Assembly: GCA_016342495.1 (NCBI GenBank)
Contig: JAEIOG010000008.1
Location: forward strand, 1-64,000
Direction of reading: 5' to 3'
Source of the DNA: Phycisphaerae bacterium
Lineage (GTDB): Bacteria; Planctomycetota; Phycisphaerae; Sedimentisphaerales; SM23-30
Length of the DNA stretch: 64,000 bases
The notes beneath the pieces were generated by a model. That model was not told the origin of the DNA. It saw only the letters and a program-made list of their open reading frames with translations, and did no database searches. The stretch's first letter is position 1. Each line of letters starts with the position of its first letter. Shown here piece by piece: positions 58,488-64,000 of the stretch. The position numbers were made by a program, and so were the translations under genes.

Positions 58488-60557
58488 ATGACCAAATATG
58501 TAAGCCAAAGCATAATAGCGATTATCGCAGCAACAATCATGCTCGCCTTAACCTCCTGTGACAGTAAAAGCGAACCCTTCAATATCAGCTCATCGGAAGA
58601 TGTTGCTCAAAAAAATGATACAATGACACTTAGGCAACAGGCGGCTTATGATAAAGCCCTGCTTATGATTAAGCAGGCAAAAGTCAATAAAGCTAACATG
58701 CTCAACATTTTTTCTATAGACCTTACAAAAGTGCCGAACGAGATATCCCAGCTCTATGAACTAAAGGAACTATATATTTCCTGTAATCCATTATTAAGTT
58801 TACCACTTGAGATCGGCAATTTAACAGCATTGAGATCTTGTTTTATTACTTATAACGATCTGATAGCCTTACCTCCTGAGATTGGCCAGCTTAGTAACCT
58901 CGAAGAATTAAGTTTTACCGGTAATAGCTTAAATTATCTTCCTGCTGAGATCGGTGAGTTATCCAATCTGGAATTTTTATATCTTGATGATAATAATCTA
59001 ACCAGCCTACCCGAGGAAATCAGGCAGTTAACTAACCTTAGAATTCTGGATCTTAGTAATAATAAACTTACAATCCTGCCTCGCTGGATTACTGAAATGG
59101 ATATGAATATTCGCTGGGGGACTGGCTTTGTAGTTAAAGGCATCAACCTCTACGGCAACCCTCTTCAAGAGCCGCCGATAGATATTGTGATGCAGGGCAA
59201 GGAAGCGATTAAGCAGTATTTTGCGGATAAGGAAGCAACCGCAAAAGCTGGTGATGATGTTAAAGAAGCTAAGATGATCGCCGAAGAGCGTGCGGCCTAT
59301 GATAAAGCTCTCAGCGAGATTAAAAAGGCTAAAGATGAAAATGCCATTTATCTGTGGCTGCATGAAATACCTCTTAGCAAGTTACCGCCGGAGATTGGTG
59401 AACTTATCTGGCTGGAGAAATTGTTTATTTTTAAAACTGAGCTATCCAGTTTACCGCCAGAAATCGGGCAATTGACTGCATTGAAGCAGCTTGCTGTTCA
59501 TGACAATCAGCTGACTGGTTTACCGAAGGAGATTGGCCAGCTTAATCGCCTTGAAATCTTCTCTGTGGAAGATAATCGTCTGACTTGTCTGCCGGCTGAG
59601 ATCGGAAAGTTGACTGCTCTGCAAGAGTTGAGGCTTTGCAATAATAAACTAAACAGCATTCCCGATCAAATCAGCCAGCTGGCTAACCTTAGATGTCTTG
59701 ATCTTAGGGGTAATGAGCTTAAGAGTTTACCTGGCTGGATTACGGAAATGGATATGAAGATTCTCTGGGGAGAACATGGGAATTTTAAAGGCATAAACCT
59801 CTACGGCAACCCTCTTCAAGAGCCACCGATTGAGATTGTCAAACAGGGCAGGGCCGCTATAAAGCAATATTTTGGAATTGATGATGCAGGTTTTCCAGCA
59901 AGCATTGTCCAGAGAAAAGCTAAGATAGCAGCTAAACAGCAAATGGCCTATGATAAAGCTCTCAAGAAGATTAAAAAGGCCAAGGCTGAAAATGTCACAA
60001 CACTATATCTATCTGGAATGGACCTGATAAAGTTGCCGGCCGAGATTGGTGAGCTCACCGAGCTGGAAAAGCTGGTTATTTTTAAAACTGAGTTATCCAG
60101 TTTACCGCCTCAGATCGGTAAGTTGACTGCATTGAAAAACCTTGATGTCAGTTTCAACCAGCTGACTTGTTTACCGCCAGAGATTGGTCAGCTCAGCAAC
60201 CTTGAAACCTTGTTTGTTGAAGATAGTAATCTGACTTGTCTGCCGGCTGAGATCGAAAAGTTGTCTAACCTGCAAGAATTGATGCTTAGTAATAATAAAC
60301 TAACCAGTCTTCCCGAGGAAATTACCCGGTTGACTAACCTTAAACGCGTACATCTGTTAAATAATAAACTCAAAACCCTGCCGGTCTGGATTACCGAAAT
60401 GGATATGGCGATCATCTGGGATAAATCCGATGCATCTGAAGCCATTTTCCTCTACGGCAACCCGCTGGAAGAACCGCCGATTGAGATTGTCAAACAGGGC
60501 AATGCCGCTATTAGGCGGTATTTTGAGGATAAGGGCGAGGGAAAGCCTCGGGAGTAA
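58488..60557 (+). CDS. Leucine-rich-repeat protein built of three tandem copies of the module found in the 226-aa LRR protein. Each copy has the AAYDKAL helix, about six LRRs and a WITEMDM...GINLYGNPLQEPPIEIVKQG..AIKQYF cap.
   Basis: The module boundaries lie near residues 45, 260 and 470. The LRR consensus 'L..L.L..N.L..LP.EIGQL..L' occurs more than 18 times. The N-terminus 'MTKYVSQSIIAIIAATIMLALTSCD' is lipoprotein-like. Confidence 0.8.
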   Translation: MTKYVSQSIIAIIAATIMLALTSCDSKSEPFNISSSEDVAQKNDTMTLRQQAAYDKALLMIKQAKVNKANMLNIFSIDLTKVPNEISQLYELKELYISCNPLLSLPLEIGNLTALRSCFITYNDLIALPPEIGQLSNLEELSFTGNSLNYLPAEIGELSNLEFLYLDDNNLTSLPEEIRQLTNLRILDLSNNKLTILPRWITEMDMNIRWGTGFVVKGINLYGNPLQEPPIDIVMQGKEAIKQYFADKEATAKAGDDVKEAKMIAEERAAYDKALSEIKKAKDENAIYLWLHEIPLSKLPPEIGELIWLEKLFIFKTELSSLPPEIGQLTALKQLAVHDNQLTGLPKEIGQLNRLEIFSVEDNRLTCLPAEIGKLTALQELRLCNNKLNSIPDQISQLANLRCLDLRGNELKSLPGWITEMDMKILWGEHGNFKGINLYGNPLQEPPIEIVKQGRAAIKQYFGIDDAGFPASIVQRKAKIAAKQQMAYDKALKKIKKAKAENVTTLYLSGMDLIKLPAEIGELTELEKLVIFKTELSSLPPQIGKLTALKNLDVSFNQLTCLPPEIGQLSNLETLFVEDSNLTCLPAEIEKLSNLQELMLSNNKLTSLPEEITRLTNLKRVHLLNNKLKTLPVWITEMDMAIIWDKSDASEAIFLYGNPLEEPPIEIVKQGNAAIRRYFEDKGEGKPRE

Positions 60558-60688
60558 TTGATAATTGACAATTGATAATTGACAGCTGATATCAAAAAGC
60601 CGCTGAAATTGATTTGCGTTAGCGTTTTTATGCAAAATAACCGATATGGTTATAGTTGTAACTGTTTGCATAGAATAGATCTAGACGT

Positions 60689-62140
60689 ATGTGTAAGGAA
60701 TTGTTTGTGAAGATAGCTCTTATTAACCCATCCTGGCTGTTTCGTAATAACGCTGATGTTGTCCTGTCACAGAATCTTGGATTGGGGTATTTAGCCAGTT
60801 ATCTTCGTCAGCATGGCCATCAAATACAGATAATCGACTCATTAGCCGAAGGCTTTAAACAGCGGGGAAAAATGCCCAATGGCTCTTTGCGGGTGGGTTT
60901 GCTGGATTGTCAGGTAGTCGATCTTCTAAGTAACAGGCTCGATTTGATTGGGATTACAATTCCATTTTCACATATGTATGAGGTAGCAGAAAGTTTATGC
61001 TGTGCAATTAAAGAGGGGTATCAAGATATCCCAGTCGTAATGGGAGGGGTGCACCCATCAACCTGTCCGCAAGATTATATGACAAGCAAAGCTGATTATT
61101 GGCTGGTAGGCGAAGGCGAAATAGCCATGCGTCAGTTGGCTGATGGCCTGGAACCTGACCAAATTGAGGGGCTGTTGTCTGCTTCAAAGCCTCAGTTGCT
61201 TCCAGGTGAGAAGACTCAACAGATCATGGATTTAGATTTGATTCCAGAGCCGGCCAGAGATTTGTTGCCCATGGATTTATATAAAAATCTTTCGCCGCGG
61301 CGGATATCACACAAGCCAACAGCTAGCATTTTTACCAGTAGAGGCTGTCCCTGGGATTGTCAATTTTGTTCAGTACATCCGATCAATGGATATAAATGGC
61401 GAATGAGTTCGGCAGCTAAGGTTTTGCAGGAAATAAGACATCTAGTCAAAGACTATGGCATAAGACAATTAGAATTTGAAGATGATAACCTGACAGTCAA
61501 TTACGACAGGGCTATGGAAATATTTGATGGAATATACCAACTCCGAAAGCAATTGGGCATAGAGTTGACCTGGGGGACACCTAATGGCGTTCGGGCAGAT
61601 AATGGCATAGACCGGGCGATGTTGGAGATGATGAAGAAAAGTGGTTGTGTCAGGCTTACCTTTGCCCTGGAGCATGGCGACCAGGAAATTAGAAAGATAA
61701 TGGACAAACATCTCAATATGGATAAATTCGAGCAGGCATTGCGTGATGCGATAGATATGGGAATTTATACTGAAGTGTTTACAATGGTTGGCTATCCGGG
61801 CGAGACAGCAGAGCGATTCGAAAATGGCCGTGCATATTATCGAAAATTAGCTGATTGGGGTGTGAATTTAATACATTTCTTCTATCCTCAGCCTTATCCC
61901 GGGACGAAATTATATAGTTTTTGCAAGGAAAAGGGCTATCTTGTATCTGACAATTATTCGCTTCTGCCTGAAATTAAGATTGAAACGGAAGATTTTGATA
62001 CCAGGGAAGTCTTACGAAGGAGAGAAGTGCTGTTGTGTGAGCATGATCCCGCCTATAAAATCCGCCAGAAAGCTAAGGCAATACTTCCAGATAGATTGAT
62101 TTCATTTATTAATCGACTTTTGCCCCGTAAACAGATGTGA
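60689..62140 (+). CDS. B12-binding-domain radical SAM protein (class B rSAM)
   Basis: 'RGCPWDCQFCSV' is the CxxxCxxC motif. The N-terminus 'IALINPSW' and the 'MGGVHPS' region are cobalamin-binding-like. An alternative GTG start lies at 60707. Confidence 0.65.
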   Translation: MCKELFVKIALINPSWLFRNNADVVLSQNLGLGYLASYLRQHGHQIQIIDSLAEGFKQRGKMPNGSLRVGLLDCQVVDLLSNRLDLIGITIPFSHMYEVAESLCCAIKEGYQDIPVVMGGVHPSTCPQDYMTSKADYWLVGEGEIAMRQLADGLEPDQIEGLLSASKPQLLPGEKTQQIMDLDLIPEPARDLLPMDLYKNLSPRRISHKPTASIFTSRGCPWDCQFCSVHPINGYKWRMSSAAKVLQEIRHLVKDYGIRQLEFEDDNLTVNYDRAMEIFDGIYQLRKQLGIELTWGTPNGVRADNGIDRAMLEMMKKSGCVRLTFALEHGDQEIRKIMDKHLNMDKFEQALRDAIDMGIYTEVFTMVGYPGETAERFENGRAYYRKLADWGVNLIHFFYPQPYPGTKLYSFCKEKGYLVSDNYSLLPEIKIETEDFDTREVLRRREVLLCEHDPAYKIRQKAKAILPDRLISFINRLLPRKQM

Positions 62141-62360
62141 TTGTAAGCCAGGCATTGATATTTGACTGATTTGTTAGTTGTTTTATACTCTCCAATATCT
62201 TGAAACAGTGAAAAAGCCTGTTTTTAAGCCATATCAACCTTGACTATTTGTTTTTAATCGTAGATAATTGCTCAATTAGGTTGATTTGACCTTTTGGATA
62301 AGCTTCCTGGCAGTAACTCACTGGCGGGTTAGTAATATTGATAAGTAATTATAAGTAGCT

Positions 62361-63608
62361 GTGCAAGCGAAACTTATAACGGAAACTATGACAAGCAGGT
62401 ATGATATGCAAACAAATGAAATAATTCAGCAATTTGAGAAATATGTGATTTCAAACTATGGGCGACTGCCTTTTGTTATCACCAAAGGGGCCGGTTCGAT
62501 TATAACTGACAGCGAAGGCAAGGAATATCTTGATATGTTTCCGGGCTGGGCAGTCAGCGGGATTGGCCATTGCCATCCGAAAGTAGTTGATGCTATTCAG
62601 CAACAGGCCGGGCAGTTAATCCACATGGATAATACCTTTTATAATGCTCAGCAGGGCCAATTAGCTCAGATGCTAAGTGAGAGATCTTTTGGCGGCAAGG
62701 TGTTTTTCTGCAATAGTGGTGCCGAAGCGGTCGAGGCGGCTTTGAAACTGTCCCGTATTCATACAGCTAAGAATAAATATAAAATCATATCGGTGGAAGG
62801 CAGTTTCCATGGCCGAACCACAGGGGCCGTTGCCGCTACCGCTCAGCCCAAATACCATAAAGGTTTTCTGCCATTGATGCCGGGCTTTGTCTATATTGCT
62901 CATAATGATATTGATGGGCTCAAGGCTGCTTTCGATGATGATGTAGCTGCGGTGATTATTGAACCTATACAGGGTGAAGGGGGCGTACGTCTGGCCTCTG
63001 TGGAGTTTTTGCAGACTATTCGCGACCTTTGCGATGAAAATGAGGCGATAGCGATCTGGGATGAAGTCCAATGCGGCATGGGCCGAACCGGTAAATGGTT
63101 TGGCTATCAGAATTATGGAATAGAACCGGATATTATGACTTTGGCCAAAGCTTTAGGTGGCGGGACATCAATAGGTGCGATCGTGGCAAGGGCAGAAATA
63201 GCCGATTCGCTGGTGCCGGGTACTCATGCATCGACTTTTGGCGGAAATCCTCTGGTTTGTGCCGCCGGCATTGCAACTATAGAAGCTATCGAAGAAGAAA
63301 ATTTGTTGGAAAATGCCAATGAAATGGGCCGTTATGCCCAGGCTAAACTTAATGAATTGAAAGATAAGCATAATTGTATCAATCTGGTGCGGGGTTTTGG
63401 CTTGATGATCGGTATAGTTCTAAATGAACCCGGTGCTGAAATTGTAGCGAAGTGCTGGGAGAAAGGTCTGCGGATCAATTGCACCCAGGGTAATATCCTG
63501 CGATTTATGCCAGCGATGAATGTGACCCAGGAATTGCTGGATAAAGCCATAGCAATTTTTGATGAAACCCTGACAGAGCTCAGCGGGACAACTTCGGCCG
63601 AAGAATAA
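62361..63608 (+). CDS. argD: Acetylornithine aminotransferase (class III PLP aminotransferase)
   Basis: 'FFCNSGAEAVEAALKL' and 'DEVQCGMGRTGKWF', with the 'LAKALGGG' PLP-lysine region. The true start is probably an internal ATG at 62388 or 62406. Confidence 0.8.
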   Translation: MQAKLITETMTSRYDMQTNEIIQQFEKYVISNYGRLPFVITKGAGSIITDSEGKEYLDMFPGWAVSGIGHCHPKVVDAIQQQAGQLIHMDNTFYNAQQGQLAQMLSERSFGGKVFFCNSGAEAVEAALKLSRIHTAKNKYKIISVEGSFHGRTTGAVAATAQPKYHKGFLPLMPGFVYIAHNDIDGLKAAFDDDVAAVIIEPIQGEGGVRLASVEFLQTIRDLCDENEAIAIWDEVQCGMGRTGKWFGYQNYGIEPDIMTLAKALGGGTSIGAIVARAEIADSLVPGTHASTFGGNPLVCAAGIATIEAIEEENLLENANEMGRYAQAKLNELKDKHNCINLVRGFGLMIGIVLNEPGAEIVAKCWEKGLRINCTQGNILRFMPAMNVTQELLDKAIAIFDETLTELSGTTSAEE

Positions 63609-63632
63609 AAAAAAGTTTTGAGGAATATAAAA

Positions 63633-64000
63633 ATGGTAAACCATTTTCTAACAATAGCGGATTACTCCAGTGAAAAACTGCATGAGTTACTTTATCAGGC
63701 AATCGAGCTTAAAAAACTTTATAAAGATGGTGGACGCGACCTTTGCGCAGCGGGTAAGACAATAGCCATCTTCTTTGAAAAACCCAGTTGTCGTACAAGA
63801 GTCAGCTTTGAAACCCTGGCCAATCAGCTGGGAGCTGCTACGATTTACCTGAAACCCGAAGATGTAGGATCTCTGGGGCAGCGTGAACCCATTAAAGACC
63901 TGATGCGGGTTATGAATGGTATGGTTGACATGTTCGTCGGGCGGGTGTTTAAGCATAGCGATCTGGTCGAACTAGCGAAATGGGCCACGATTCCGGTGGT
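63633..64000 (+). CDS. argF: Ornithine carbamoyltransferase, N-terminal part (continues beyond the window)
   Basis: 'IFFEKPSCRTRVSFE' is the STRTR carbamoyl-phosphate-binding motif. Confidence 0.8.
   Translation, partial: MVNHFLTIADYSSEKLHELLYQAIELKKLYKDGGRDLCAAGKTIAIFFEKPSCRTRVSFETLANQLGAATIYLKPEDVGSLGQREPIKDLMRVMNGMVDMFVGRVFKHSDLVELAKWATIPV

Overview
This is a 64-kb bacterial chromosomal window. Gene content (many sulfatase-type genes with an anaerobic sulfatase-maturating enzyme, a PhoD-like phosphatase, a GH20 hexosaminidase, a 2975-aa secreted giant protein, eukaryote-like LRR proteins) suggests, by inference only, a PVC-superphylum-like organism such as Lentisphaerae, Kiritimatiellae or Planctomycetes. 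The left part (1-9 kb) is a minus-strand housekeeping block: umuD plus a truncated umuC, yciH, an orphan DNA methyltransferase, folP, a HAD hydrolase, pgsA, rimO and a flotillin-like SPFH protein. The centre carries secreted glycan and phosphate-scavenging enzymes (SGNH/alpha-beta esterase, discoidin-domain protein, GH20, PhoD-like phosphatase) and a giant adhesin-like locus (2975-aa protein, propeller/Ig protein, YkgJ/FliB-like protein). The right part carries a radical-SAM / family-4 UDG pair, an ABC exporter, sugar aminotransferases, an MscS channel, an EF-G paralog, a second DNA methyltransferase fused in an operon with an anaerobic sulfatase-maturating enzyme, a small Trp-containing peptide, a tryptophanase-like lyase, a Cys-type sulfatase, a B12-radical SAM protein, and argD/argF. 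The most unusual structure is a family of composite, palindrome-rich repeat elements of about 350-500 bp with GCATGC-core hairpins. They occur at three loci, each immediately 5' of a gene: LRR protein 1, the sulfatase, and the triple-module LRR protein. Two inverted copies bracket a 1.7-kb segment holding tandem paralogous membrane-protein genes, and a 6x 21-bp tandem array lies beside one copy. No recombinase, transposase, reverse transcriptase, CRISPR, tRNA or rRNA is visible. A strand-compositional switch near 15 kb suggests a replication origin or an inversion breakpoint.
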